Source: Terriglobia bacterium
GTDB taxonomy: Bacteria > Acidobacteriota > Terriglobia > JAJPHL01 > JAPKYU01
Direction: 5' to 3'
Length of the DNA: 64,000 nucleotides
Assembly: GCA_965223005.1 (NCBI GenBank)
Contig: CBDCVK010000002.1
Span: 384,001-448,000 of the forward strand
Numbering within the stretch: position 1 is the first letter of the stretch; each line of letters starts with the position of its first letter. The notes under the pieces were generated by a model. The model was not told where the DNA came from. It saw only the letters and a program-made list of their open reading frames with translations, and ran no database searches. The position numbers and the translations under genes were made by a program. Shown here in pieces: positions 10,142 through 20,365 of the stretch.

Positions 10142-12141
10142 ATGTCTCGCGAAGTTACCATTGGGATCGGGGGGCGGCCGGAGACGGGCTGGACAAGTCA
10201 GGCGATTCTCTGGCCAAGACCGCTTCGCGCCTGGGTCTGAACCTCTACGCATACAACTCCTACCAGTCCGTTATCCGCGGGGGTCACATCTGGCTGCGGG
10301 TGCGGATGGGGGAGCAGAAACTGAATTCGCACGGCGACCACTTGAACGCCCTGATTGCTCTGAACCAGGACACTATCGAGCGCCACGCCCCCGAAGTGAA
10401 CCCCGGCGGCGCCGTGCTGTTCAACTCCGACAAGCTGCACTGTGATTCGCAGCTGCTTGCCGACCAAGTGCTGCCGGTGCCCATCCCGATTGGGGAGCTC
10501 ACCCGCCCCCTGGGCAAGCTGCAGCCGGTGATGCAGAACACGGTGGCGCTGGGCGCGTTGCTTTTCCTGGTTGGGTTGGAGTTCGAGCTTCTGGCGGGAG
10601 TGCTCGACGATACCTTCCAGCACAAGGGTGCTGCGGTGGTCGAGCTGAACGTAAAGCTGGCGCGCGTCGGCTACGACTATGGGCGTGAACGGTTTGTGCC
10701 GCTGGGCTACACCTGGAACTTCAGCCGCCTGCGGCGGCCCTTCATCACCGGCAACGAGGCGCTGGCTCTGGGCGCGGCCACCGCTGGCTGCAAGTTTTAT
10801 TCGGCCTACCCGATGACGCCGGCTTCCTCCATCCTGCACTGGATGGCGGCGCACGCCGACCGCTGCGGGATATTGGTCAAGCAGTGCGAGGATGAGCTGG
10901 CCGTGGTGAATATGGCGGTGGGGGCCGGCTACGCCGGTGTCCGGGCCATGTGCGCCACCTCCGGCGGCGGCTTCGCGTTGATGACCGAGGGCATCGGGAT
11001 GGCGGGCATGATCGAGGCGCCGGTGGTGATCGTCGAGGTGCAGCGGGGCGGCCCCTCAACCGGGATTCCTACCAAGACTGAGCAGGCGGACCTGAACCAG
11101 GTGTTCGGCGCTTCCCAGGGCGATTACCCGCGGGTCATCATCGCCCCCACAAACACCACCGACTGCTTCCATACAGCAGTGGAGGCATTCAACCTGGCCG
11201 AGAAGTACCAGCTGCCCGTAACTATCATCACCGACCTGCTTCTCAGCGAGCACCCAGAGACCATCGAGCCGGAAGCGCTGCGGCCCGACGTGCCCATTGA
11301 ACGTGGAGCGCTGGTGACGGACTGGCCGGCTGAAAACGGCAAGTACAAGCGCTTCGCCTTAAACGTGCCCGAGGGGATCGCACCCCGCGCGTTGCCGGGA
11401 ACCGAGAACACCGTGCACGTGGCGGGTACCGACGACCATGACGAGGAAGGGATTCTGATCAGCGACGAGTTCACCAACGCCCCGTTGCGCCGCAAGGTGA
11501 TGGAGCGTCGGATGAAAAAGATGGAGGCGGTGGCTAGGGACCTGCCCGTGCCGAAACTGGAAGGTCCCGCCGATGCCGACGTCATGCTGATCACCTGGGG
11601 TTCGAGCGAGGGTGTGGTCCGGGATGCGATTCCGTTGTTGGCCGAAGCAGGCATTCGCGCCAGCCACCTGTCGATCAAGTATATCCACCCGTTCCACAGC
11701 CGGGAGGTGCTGGAGACTCTCCAGCCGGCGCGGTGTGCCATCGTGGTAGAGGCAAGCTTCACCGGTCAGTTCGCCCGGCACTTGCGCGCCGAGACCGGTT
11801 ACGGCGTGCGCGACGTTATCCGTAGGTACGACGGCGAGCCTTTCGAACCGCTGTTCGTTGTTCGCGAGGTCCAGCGCATCCTGGCCGGTAAGCCGCTGGA
11901 CCTGAGTGTCAGCGAGGAAGATGCGCGAGAGATCGCCTATCACTACATCCGCGTCCACCTCAGCGCCGGCGTGCGCCCGGGCAGCATCCTGCGCGAGGCG
12001 GCAAACGGACGCCAGGAGCCGGTCTGGCGTGTGGAGCTGGTGAGCCGCAGCGAGGGCCACCGGCGCGGTGAGCTGGAAATTGGCGTGGAAAGCGGGGCCA
12101 CGTATTCCTATCAGGCCGTCTCGGCGGCGGCCGCCGACTAA
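10142..12141 (+). CDS. 2-oxoacid:ferredoxin oxidoreductase alpha subunit (fused gamma-alpha); apparent 1-nt deletion near codon 11
   Basis: True start ATG 10142 reads MSREVTIGIGG, joined to AAGDG in another frame; YPMTP, EDE, ATSGGGF, QRGGPSTG. Confidence 0.9.
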
Positions 12142-12162
12142 TCTTGGAGGCGAAGTAAAAGC

Positions 12163-13044
12163 ATGGCCACAGTTCTGGAACTGCCCATTCAAACCTATGC
12201 TGGTCCGGTGGAGCCGGACTGGTGTCCCGGTTGCGGCGACTTCGCTGTTCTGAAGGCGGTCAAGATGGGTGCCGCCAAAGCCGGAGTGCAGCCCAAAGAC
12301 CTGCTGGTGGTCTCCGGAATTGGCTGCTCCTCCAACCTGCCAGGATACATCCACGCCTACGGAGTGCACAGCCTGCACGGGCGGGCAGTGGCAGTAGCCA
12401 GCGGCGCCAAGTTTGCCAACACCGACTTGAAGGTGGTGATCACCGGTGGCGACGGGGATGGCTACGGCATCGGCATTGGCCATTTCATCCACGCCATGCG
12501 GCGGAACCTGGACGTGACCTACGTGGTGATGAACAACCAGATCTACGGGCTCACCACCGGCCAGGCCTCGCCCACTACCATTAAGGAAATGCGCACCAAG
12601 TCCACGCCACGGGGCAACGCCGAGTTGCCCATCAACCCCATCGCGCTGGCGCTGGTCTCCGGCGCGACCTACATTTCCCGAGCCTTCTCGGGCGACCCGG
12701 GCCACATGGCCGATCTGATCGCCGCGGGCATCCAACACCGCGGTTTCGCCCTGGTGGACACCTTCAGTCCCTGCGTCACCTACAATAAGGTCAATACCTA
12801 CCCCTACTTCAAGCAGCGCTGCTACAAGCTGGAAAAAGAACAAGGGTACGATCCCTCCAACGTCCCCGCCGCGCTGGAAAAATCCTTTGAGTGGGGCGAC
12901 CGCATTCCCATCGGCCTTTTCTATAAAGACGAGCAGTCCACTTACGAAGACTCCGAGCCCGTCCTCCACCAGGGGCCGCTGGCAAAGCAGCCGTTGGGGA
13001 TGGGGAAGGAAGTCTTCGACAGCCTGGTCCAGGAACTAGTGTAG
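12163..13044 (+). CDS. 2-oxoacid:ferredoxin oxidoreductase beta subunit (TPP-binding)
   Basis: WCPGCGDF, SGIGCS, GGDGDG, NNQIYGLTTGQASPT, SPCVTYN. Confidence 0.95.
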   Translation: MATVLELPIQTYAGPVEPDWCPGCGDFAVLKAVKMGAAKAGVQPKDLLVVSGIGCSSNLPGYIHAYGVHSLHGRAVAVASGAKFANTDLKVVITGGDGDGYGIGIGHFIHAMRRNLDVTYVVMNNQIYGLTTGQASPTTIKEMRTKSTPRGNAELPINPIALALVSGATYISRAFSGDPGHMADLIAAGIQHRGFALVDTFSPCVTYNKVNTYPYFKQRCYKLEKEQGYDPSNVPAALEKSFEWGDRIPIGLFYKDEQSTYEDSEPVLHQGPLAKQPLGMGKEVFDSLVQELV

Positions 13045-13070
13045 TCAAGCGAGGGAGTCTCCTCTCGCCG

Positions 13071-13445
13071 ATGCGCAACACCTTTCTGATCCCTGAGCAG
13101 GTCGTGGAAGCCAAAGGGGAAGGGCAGCCACTGGAGCTGGGCGCCACCGCCGGGCGGAGTTTTCTGCTCACCTTGAGCATCACCCGCGTCATCGAGCAGG
13201 AATCACTGGACGTTTCCGTTTGGGGCTCGGAGGATGGCATCACTTGGGAGGCCAAGCCGCTGGCCGCATTCCCGCAAAAGTTCTATGCCGGCACTCACCA
13301 GTTGATTCTGGATTTAAGCGAGCAGGCGGCGATCAAATTCCTGCGGGGCAAGTGGACCGCCAGCCGCTGGGGCAAGGGCCATCTGACGCCGCGCTTTACC
13401 TTCTCCGTTGCCATTCAGCCATTGTCGGGCGAGGCGGCCGCCTAA
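13071..13445 (+). CDS. Hypothetical beta-rich protein
   Basis: 124-aa ORF 26 bp after OFOR beta, upstream GGGAG, host-like codon usage. Confidence 0.75.
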   Translation: MRNTFLIPEQVVEAKGEGQPLELGATAGRSFLLTLSITRVIEQESLDVSVWGSEDGITWEAKPLAAFPQKFYAGTHQLILDLSEQAAIKFLRGKWTASRWGKGHLTPRFTFSVAIQPLSGEAAA

Positions 13446-13461
13446 AACCGTAGCGGCTGCC

Positions 13462-14670
13462 TCAGGCCGCCAGCCTCCCACTCTCCCACTTGTCCACCAC
13501 GGTGCAGGCCAGGCAGTTCCCGGTGATGTTGACGCCGGTGCGCACCATGTCGGGAATCTGGTCAATGGCCAGCAGCACGGGGATACCTTCCAGCGGGATG
13601 CCTAGCGGCGTGATCGTCGCGGCCAGCACCAGTAGCGAGCCGCGCGGAACTGTGGGGATTCCCTTGGCCGTCACGTTGAGCAGAAACAGGAGCATCAGAA
13701 GCTTTCCCCAGCCCAACTCCACACCATACGCTTGCCCCAGGAAGACGGCCGAAAAAGCCAGGTAGAGATGGGAGCCGGCCAGGTTGAAGCTGTAACCGGT
13801 GGGCAAGACGAAAGCTGCCACCTCGCGCCGCACGCCCAATTTCTGCAGCACCTCGAGCGCCTTGGGCAGGGCGGCGGTGCTCGAGGTAGTGGAAAAGGCG
13901 ATCAGTGCCGGAGCTCGCACGGCCCGGAGAAACGTGGCGAAAGGAACGTCGGCCAGCCGCGCCAGTGCGAAGAAAACGGGCAACAGCAGCAGGAGTTGCG
14001 CGGCTAGGACTCCGGCGACGAAGACCGCGAAGGGGCGCAGCACTCCTACGCCCAGCGTGCCCACTATGGCGGCCATCGCGCCGAAGACTCCCACGGGTGC
14101 GAAGTACATAACGTAGTGGGTGAAGCGAAACATCACCTCCGCCAGGCCTTCCAGAAAGGTGGTCACCGGCCTGCCTCGCTCGCCCACGGCGAGCAGCGAT
14201 ATCCCGAACAGCAGGGAGAACACCACGATTTGCAGGATGTCGCCGCGCGCCATCGCGTCGACGATGCTCGTGGGCACCAGGCGTAGCGGGAAGGGCAGTT
14301 GCGCGTCGGGAGCCTTCAGGAATTCCGCCGGTGCGGCGACGCCAGCACCCGCGAGATTGGCTCCTGCGCCCGGCCGCAGCAGTGTCGCCATCCCGATGCC
14401 CACCAGGATGGAGAGCGTGGTGGCCAGCAGGAAATACGCTAGGGTCTTGAGTCCCAGGCGGCCGACGCGGCCGAAATCGCCCGAGCGTGCCAGGGCCACA
14501 ACCAACGTCGAGAACACCAGGGGCGCCACGATCATCAGCACCAGGCGAATGAACAGGTCACCCAGCGGCTTGCAGGCTCGCGCCGGGCCTGGAGCCAGCC
14601 AGCCGAACAGCACAGCCAGAGCCAGAGCCGCCAGAATCTGAGCGGTCAATCCCGGCCGGGGCAACTTCAC
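13462..14670 (-). CDS. Dicarboxylate/amino acid:cation symporter (DAACS, GltP-like)
   Basis: FSTTSSTAALP, LPTGYSFNLAG, DMVRTGVN..GN. Confidence 0.92.
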   Translation of the reverse strand: MKLPRPGLTAQILAALALAVLFGWLAPGPARACKPLGDLFIRLVLMIVAPLVFSTLVVALARSGDFGRVGRLGLKTLAYFLLATTLSILVGIGMATLLRPGAGANLAGAGVAAPAEFLKAPDAQLPFPLRLVPTSIVDAMARGDILQIVVFSLLFGISLLAVGERGRPVTTFLEGLAEVMFRFTHYVMYFAPVGVFGAMAAIVGTLGVGVLRPFAVFVAGVLAAQLLLLLPVFFALARLADVPFATFLRAVRAPALIAFSTTSSTAALPKALEVLQKLGVRREVAAFVLPTGYSFNLAGSHLYLAFSAVFLGQAYGVELGWGKLLMLLFLLNVTAKGIPTVPRGSLLVLAATITPLGIPLEGIPVLLAIDQIPDMVRTGVNITGNCLACTVVDKWESGRLAA

Positions 14671-14689
14671 GGTTGCTGCCTACTCATTT

Positions 14690-14752
14690 GGGATTTCCGA
14701 TTTCGGATTAGAAATTTGTGATTATTTGTGCGGATTCCGGATTTCGGAATCC
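14690..14752. repeat. Degenerate heptamer tandem repeat (CGGATTT-like)
   Basis: GGGATTT CCGATTT CGGATTA ... CGGATTC CGGATTT CGGAATC in AT-rich intergenic gap. Confidence 0.6.
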
Positions 14753-14761
14753 CCAATTGGC

Positions 14762-15634
14762 TCATCGCTGTCCCCACTTCAGCTTATTGCGCAGCACATC
14801 AAAGTAGCTCTTGCCCGGCGGACGCACCAGGCGGAGTACCTGTGGAGAGAGGCAGCAGAGCACACGATCCCCGTGATGAATGTCCAATCCCACCTGCCCG
14901 TCGACGGTGAGAAACACTGGTTCGTACTCGGCCTTCACCACAACTTCGATCGTCGAAGTTCTTGGGACCACCAAAGGCCGGTTGGTGAGCGTATGAGAGG
15001 CGATGGGAGTGATGAGGACGGCGTCCACCCCCGGCAAGATAATGGGCCCGCCGGCCGACAGCGAATAGGCGGTGGAGCCGGTGGCGCTGGAGATAATTAA
15101 GCCGTCCGCCTTGTAGGTGCAAACGAATTCTCCGTCCACAAACGCGTCAAAGTCCAGGATGCGTGCCAGCGAGGCCTTGTTCAGCACCGCATCGTTTAAT
15201 GCATGGTACACACCAACGACTTCGCCAGTGCCCGCGCCGTCGCCGCGGCGCACCTCCACCAGCAGTTTGCGGCGCAGATCCACTTCGTAGTGTCCGGCCA
15301 GCACGTGCTCCAGGTCGGGGTGCATCTCAGGCAAAGTGACCGAGGTCAAGAAGCCCATGCCGCCCAAGTTGACGGCCAGCACTGGCAGGTCGCGCTCCTG
15401 GACGGCGCGGGCGGCGGCCAGCAGAGTGCCATCGCCGCCTAGCACCACCAGCAGGTCCACCCGGCGGGTCAGTTCCTCCCGCTCCAGCCCGCCCGCGGGG
15501 TTGCCCATCGCCGCCGCGGTCTCGCGGTCCACCAGCACCGACACCTTTCGTTCCGCCAGCCAGCGGGTCAGGGCCGGAACAATCTGGCGAACTTCTGGTT
15601 TTTTCGGTTTGGATATAAGTCCGACGGTCTTCAT
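14762..15634 (-). CDS. nadK: NAD(+) kinase
   Basis: GGDGT, LND, DGLIISSATGSTAYSLSAGGP. Confidence 0.96.
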   Translation of the reverse strand: MKTVGLISKPKKPEVRQIVPALTRWLAERKVSVLVDRETAAAMGNPAGGLEREELTRRVDLLVVLGGDGTLLAAARAVQERDLPVLAVNLGGMGFLTSVTLPEMHPDLEHVLAGHYEVDLRRKLLVEVRRGDGAGTGEVVGVYHALNDAVLNKASLARILDFDAFVDGEFVCTYKADGLIISSATGSTAYSLSAGGPIILPGVDAVLITPIASHTLTNRPLVVPRTSTIEVVVKAEYEPVFLTVDGQVGLDIHHGDRVLCCLSPQVLRLVRPPGKSYFDVLRNKLKWGQR

Positions 15635-15713
15635 GTTATTAAATGATTGAAGATTGGCACATTGGCGATTGAATAACTTGGAACAATCATCAATAAAACA
15701 TGATCATTCTTCA

Positions 15714-16454
15714 CTATTCCAGTTTCCGACAACGAAAAAGAAGCAGAAATTCCTGGTTTCCTTCGCTGCCTGGGATGGGGCTTGGCATCTGCCCCGCCAC
15801 CACCATGCCTGCGGATTTGGCCGCGGCGCTGGCTTTGTCTACCGAAGCCGAGTGCAGCTGGGGATCGCGCACGATTCCGCCTTTGCCCACCTGTCCACGT
15901 CCAACCTCAAATTGTGGTTTCACCAGCACCACCGCCTGGCCATCCTCTTTGAGCAGGGCCGGCAGCCGGGGCAGGATGAGCGTAGCAGAAATGAACGAGA
16001 CGTCCACCGAGATGAGATCCACCGGCTCGCCGATATCTTCGGGCGCCAGGCGGCGGGCGTTGAATTTCTCGCGGACGCGGACGCGCGGGTCGTTGCGCAA
16101 CCGCCAGTCCAATTGGCCAACCCCGACGTCCAGCGCGTAGACGCGGCTGGCGCCGTGCTGGAGCAGGCAGTCAGTAAATCCGCCGGTCGAGGCGCCCACA
16201 TCCAGGCAGACCTTACCCGCTACGTCGATGGCGAAGGAGTCCAGCGCCGCCTCCAGCTTCAGCCCGCCGCGGCCGACGTAACGAATCCCGCCTCCCAGCA
16301 AACGCAACGGTGCGTCGGCCCTCACCAACGTGCCCGGCTTTTCGACTTTCTGCTCTTCGACCAAAACCTCTCCCGCAAGGATCATTGCCTGCGCCTTCTG
16401 GCGGGTTTCCGCCAGGCCGCGTTCCACTAGCAGCTTGTCCAGCCGTACTTTCAA
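15714..16454 (-). CDS. tlyA: TlyA family rRNA 2'-O-methyltransferase
   Basis: S4 domain, YVGRGGLKL, DVGASTGGFTD, DVSFIS, LVKPQFE, GNQEF. Confidence 0.95.
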   Translation of the reverse strand: MKVRLDKLLVERGLAETRQKAQAMILAGEVLVEEQKVEKPGTLVRADAPLRLLGGGIRYVGRGGLKLEAALDSFAIDVAGKVCLDVGASTGGFTDCLLQHGASRVYALDVGVGQLDWRLRNDPRVRVREKFNARRLAPEDIGEPVDLISVDVSFISATLILPRLPALLKEDGQAVVLVKPQFEVGRGQVGKGGIVRDPQLHSASVDKASAAAKSAGMVVAGQMPSPIPGSEGNQEFLLLFRCRKLE

Positions 16455-16653
16455 ACTCAGCTTCTTACCGAAAGAACACTACGCCTCAGCACGCGAAGGA
16501 AGCTTATCAAGTGTCGGTTGGGGATGCCACCCCTGGCCGGGGAGTTGCAAGATATCTGGCTGGCTTGTGAGCGGGCGGAGATCAGCCGGAGTCGGTAGTA
16601 GGAAAACGTTGAGAAGTACGAGGCCGAAGTGCTCGTGCTGCAAGTTGTGCAGC

Positions 16654-17321
16654 TCACCACACGCCCGGCACCAAACGATAGCGCACTTTCTGTGCGTACT
16701 CAGCGTAGCCTTCCAGTTCCTCCCTAAGTAGTTTATCCTCCAGCCAGGTCCGGCGAACAATCAACGGCACGGCTGGCAGCATAGGCAGGGCCGCCCACCA
16801 GGAACCCAGAGCCATCGGGCTGGCAAAAAACCAGAGAATCGTGCCTGTATAGCCGGGGTGCCGCACCGTCCGATATGGGCCAGCGGTAATGACTCGATGG
16901 CCTCGCTCCCGCTGGATGCGGACTGCGGTGGAAAAAAGGGATTCACCGACATCGCCCACATGGAACCGCCCAGCGACGCAGCAACCGCAGCGAGAGCGAC
17001 TACCTGAACCGCGAAGGGAACGTGAGGTTGCCAGTGGAACCGGCCCACGTCGAGCCCGGCAACCACCAGATGAGCGAGCATCAGCAGGGCACCAACTGGG
17101 CGTGTGACTGAATCCTTACCTCCCGGACCAGGGCGAAGACGCTCCTGTACCATGCCAGGACTGGTTTTCAAGAAGTAGATTCCGCTACCGAGGAGCATGA
17201 ACTGAAATAAGAGAATGTAAGCCCAGAAAAAGGGTAGATCCCATCGGCCGGCTGCCCCGAAAAGCGCTCCACCAAACAGAGTGCTCATTAGCAGCACCAA
17301 TAGAATCAATTTCATATGCAT
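16654..17321 (-). CDS. Isoprenylcysteine carboxyl methyltransferase family membrane protein; frameshifted at about 16935
   Basis: N-part ends ..MSVNPFF, other frame continues STAVRIQRERGHRVITAGPYRTVRHPGY...ED..L..EL.GY..Y..KVRYRLVPGVW. Confidence 0.85.
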
Positions 17322-17339
17322 GACGGCTGACGTGTTTGT

Positions 17340-18242
17340 TTAATTTTTCCGTTCGCCGATGTAGAGCGCAATTTCACGCAGCCAACGCCCCTGAGGGCCG
17401 AGCGGCTCGAGGGCCGCCACGGCCTTCTGAATCCTCGCAGCCGCCAGCTCCCGGGAGCAGGCCAGCCCGTGAATGGCAGGATAGGTAGCTTTGTGCTGAG
17501 CTGCGTCCTTGCCGGCCGTCTTGCCCAGCTTTTGCGAGGAGCTTTCCACGTCCAGGATGTCGTCTACAATTTGAAAGGCCAGGCCGAGCTGCGCTCCGTA
17601 TTCGGAGAGGGCGGCTAGTTGGTCTTCCAGGGCACCCGCCGCCAGCGCGCCGCTACACACGGCGGCTCGGATCAAAGCGCCGGTCTTGGAACGGTGGATG
17701 TATTCCACCGTTGCGGCATCCACCGGGCGGCGTTCCGACTCCAGGTCCACCACCTGGCCCCCAATCATGCCGTCCAGGGTGCCGGCCGCCTGGGCAACAT
17801 CCGCCAGGATGGCTGCGCGGCGCTCGGCCAACGTCGGACCGCAACGGGCCAGAACTTCAAAGGCAAGCGTCAGGAGCGCGTCGCCGGCCAGAATGGCGGT
17901 GGCTTCCCCGAATGCTTTGTGGCAGGTGGGTTGGCCGCGGCGGAAGTCATCGTTGTCCAGAGCCGGCAGGTCGTCGTGGATCAACGAGTAAGTGTGAATC
18001 ATCTCCAGGGCGCAACCCACGTCCAGGGCCTGTTCCGCTTCCTCAGGACGCACAGCCGCGGCTGCTTCCAGGCAGAGGGTGGGACGGATGCGCTTGCCCC
18101 CCGCGAAGACGCTGTGGCGCATGGCGCGGTGCAAGCTCTCGGGCCGCTGGTTGGTCGGCGGCAGCAATTGTTCCAGGCGTGCGTCCACCGCCTGCTGCCG
18201 GAGCTGCAACCGCTCCTGGAGGCGGGCCGAGAGGCCACTCAC
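17340..18242 (-). CDS. ispA: Farnesyl diphosphate synthase / polyprenyl synthetase
   Basis: GGKRIRP, LIHDDLPALDNDDFRRG, FQIVDDILD, GKTAGKD. Confidence 0.95.
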   Translation of the reverse strand: MSGLSARLQERLQLRQQAVDARLEQLLPPTNQRPESLHRAMRHSVFAGGKRIRPTLCLEAAAAVRPEEAEQALDVGCALEMIHTYSLIHDDLPALDNDDFRRGQPTCHKAFGEATAILAGDALLTLAFEVLARCGPTLAERRAAILADVAQAAGTLDGMIGGQVVDLESERRPVDAATVEYIHRSKTGALIRAAVCSGALAAGALEDQLAALSEYGAQLGLAFQIVDDILDVESSSQKLGKTAGKDAAQHKATYPAIHGLACSRELAAARIQKAVAALEPLGPQGRWLREIALYIGERKN

Positions 18243-18499
18243 GGCTTGTCGCTCTCGTCGGCCAGGCGGAACGGTTCTGTCACGACGCGGCCGTCAGCCT
18301 TCCGCACTAGCATCTCGATGCGGCTTTCGGCGCTGTCCAGTTGCCGCCGGCAGTTCTCGGAAAGCTTCATGCCTTCCTCGAACAGCTCCAGGGCGCGCTC
18401 CAGCGGCAAGTTGCCGTTCTCCAGCTCCTTGACGATCTTCTCCAGGCGGTCCAGCGAACCTTCGAACGATTCCGATGGGGGTGTGGCGTCTTTTGGCAT
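18239..18499 (-). CDS. xseB: Exodeoxyribonuclease VII small subunit
   Basis: SFE.SL.RLEKIV.ELE.G.LPLE.AL..FEEG; xseB-ispA synteny. Confidence 0.95.
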   Translation of the reverse strand: MPKDATPPSESFEGSLDRLEKIVKELENGNLPLERALELFEEGMKLSENCRRQLDSAESRIEMLVRKADGRVVTEPFRLADESDKP

Positions 18500-20365
18500 T
18501 TAGGTGGCGACCTGTGCGCGACGATCGCCGAGCGCTTCCAGGACCTCCAGGGCCATGCGGTAGCGGCCGAACGGCGCGCTCAACTGCGCGCCCTGCACTA
18601 TGTGGTGCGCCCGGGCCAGCATCTCGCGGGCGATCGCCACTCCTTCGGCCCGCGCCGCTTCAGCCGACTCGGCCTTACGCATCCGCTTCATGAAGGCGTC
18701 CGGGACGGGCACTCGCAGCTCGTTGATCATAAACTCTGCATTCCGGTAGCTGGTCAGCGGCCAGATGCCGGCAACGACGGGGATCCTGAACGGTTCAACC
18801 TGGCGGGCCAGCGCTTCCAGTTGGTCCAGGTCAAACACAGGTTGGGTCACGATATATTCGGCGCCGGCCTCGATTTTCCATCGCAACCGGCGCAGTTCGT
18901 GATCCATATGGATCGCGCCCGGGTCAGCGCCCACGCCAATGAGGAAACCGGTCTGCGAGCCGATTGGGCTGCCGCCCAGATCCAGGCCCCGGTTCAAGTT
19001 GGCGACGATGTTGGTAAGTCCGATGGCGTCCACGTCAAAAACGGCGGTGGCGTCCGGATAGTTGCCCAGCCGCGGCGGGTCGCCAGTAATGAGGATCAGA
19101 TTGCGGATGCCGAGCGTGTAAACGCCCAGCAGGTCCGACTGCATGCTGATGATGTTGCGGTCGCGGCAGCAGTAGTGCAGGACCGCTTCCAATCCAGCCT
19201 GCTGCTGGATCAGGTAGGCCAGGGCCTGTGCGCTCATCCGAGCGCTGGCTCGTGGGCCGTCGGGTACATTTATGCAATCCACACCGTGGGCAGCGCACAG
19301 CCGCGATCCTTCGATTTCTTTGCTGGGGTCGGAGCCGCGCGGCGGCAGGATTTCCACAAAGACGGGGAACGTCCCGTTCTTCAACTTCTGGCCCAGCCCA
19401 GATTTCTCTTCTTGCGGGATCGGTGGCAGCGCCTTGGGCCGATCCTCGACCGCTGCGGTTACCTGGAAGTGGGCATGCGCCGGCTGCAAAGAGCGGACCT
19501 CGTTCTTGATCAATTTGATGTGCTCGGGCGTAGTGCCACAACAGCCACCAATGATTCTGGCGCCCGCTTGAGCGAAGCGCCGCGAGTATTGCGCCAGGTA
19601 TTCCGGCGAGCAGAGGTACACATGGCGACCTTCGATATTCGCTGGTGAGCCGGCGTTCGGCTGCACCGAGAGCGGCTTGCTGGTGGCCTTGCGCATCCGC
19701 TCCAGAACCTCCAGAGCCAACTTGGGTCCCACCGAGCAGTTGACGCCAACCACGTCGGCGTCCCACTCCTCCAGGCGGCGGGCGAAAACCTCTGGGCTTG
19801 CGCCAAACAGCGCGTTGCCCTCCTCGTCTACGCTCATCTGCGCCATGATCGGGAGGTCGCACGCCTCCCGGGCTGCGAAGATGGCTTCGCGGATTTCGTT
19901 CAGGTCGCCAAAGGTTTCCAGCACAATCAGGTCGGCGCCGGCCTCAGCCAGGGTTGTGATTTGCTGCTGGAATGCTTCCCGCGCTTCCCGAAAGGAAGTG
20001 GGGCCCAGGGGTTCGATCCGTAGTCCCAGAGGGCCCACGGCGCCCGCCACCCACAAATCCTCGCCAGCGCACTCCCGCGCCAGACGCACCCCCGCCTGGT
20101 TGATGTCGCGCAGCTTTTCCGCCAGGCCGAAGGCCGCCAGCCGCAGGGAGTTGGCCCCGAAGGTGTTGGTTTCGATGATTTCGGCGCCGGCCCGCACGTA
20201 GCTCTGGTGGATTTCCTTTACCAGTCCTGGACTGGAAAGATTGAGTTCGTCGAAGCAGCGGTTGATGAAGATGCCCTTGGAGTACAGCATGGTGCCCGTG
20301 GCGCCGTCAGCCACCACCACCTGCGTCTGAATGCGCTCCAGCAACCTCTGCGCGCGGCCGTGCAT
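18500..20365 (-). CDS. yitJ: Bifunctional homocysteine S-methyltransferase / methylenetetrahydrofolate reductase
   Basis: DGATGT, GVNCSVGP, GGCCGTTP, then MTHFR domain (CRDRN, TGDPP, TQPVF). Confidence 0.93.
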   Translation of the reverse strand: MHGRAQRLLERIQTQVVVADGATGTMLYSKGIFINRCFDELNLSSPGLVKEIHQSYVRAGAEIIETNTFGANSLRLAAFGLAEKLRDINQAGVRLARECAGEDLWVAGAVGPLGLRIEPLGPTSFREAREAFQQQITTLAEAGADLIVLETFGDLNEIREAIFAAREACDLPIMAQMSVDEEGNALFGASPEVFARRLEEWDADVVGVNCSVGPKLALEVLERMRKATSKPLSVQPNAGSPANIEGRHVYLCSPEYLAQYSRRFAQAGARIIGGCCGTTPEHIKLIKNEVRSLQPAHAHFQVTAAVEDRPKALPPIPQEEKSGLGQKLKNGTFPVFVEILPPRGSDPSKEIEGSRLCAAHGVDCINVPDGPRASARMSAQALAYLIQQQAGLEAVLHYCCRDRNIISMQSDLLGVYTLGIRNLILITGDPPRLGNYPDATAVFDVDAIGLTNIVANLNRGLDLGGSPIGSQTGFLIGVGADPGAIHMDHELRRLRWKIEAGAEYIVTQPVFDLDQLEALARQVEPFRIPVVAGIWPLTSYRNAEFMINELRVPVPDAFMKRMRKAESAEAARAEGVAIAREMLARAHHIVQGAQLSAPFGRYRMALEVLEALGDRRAQVAT

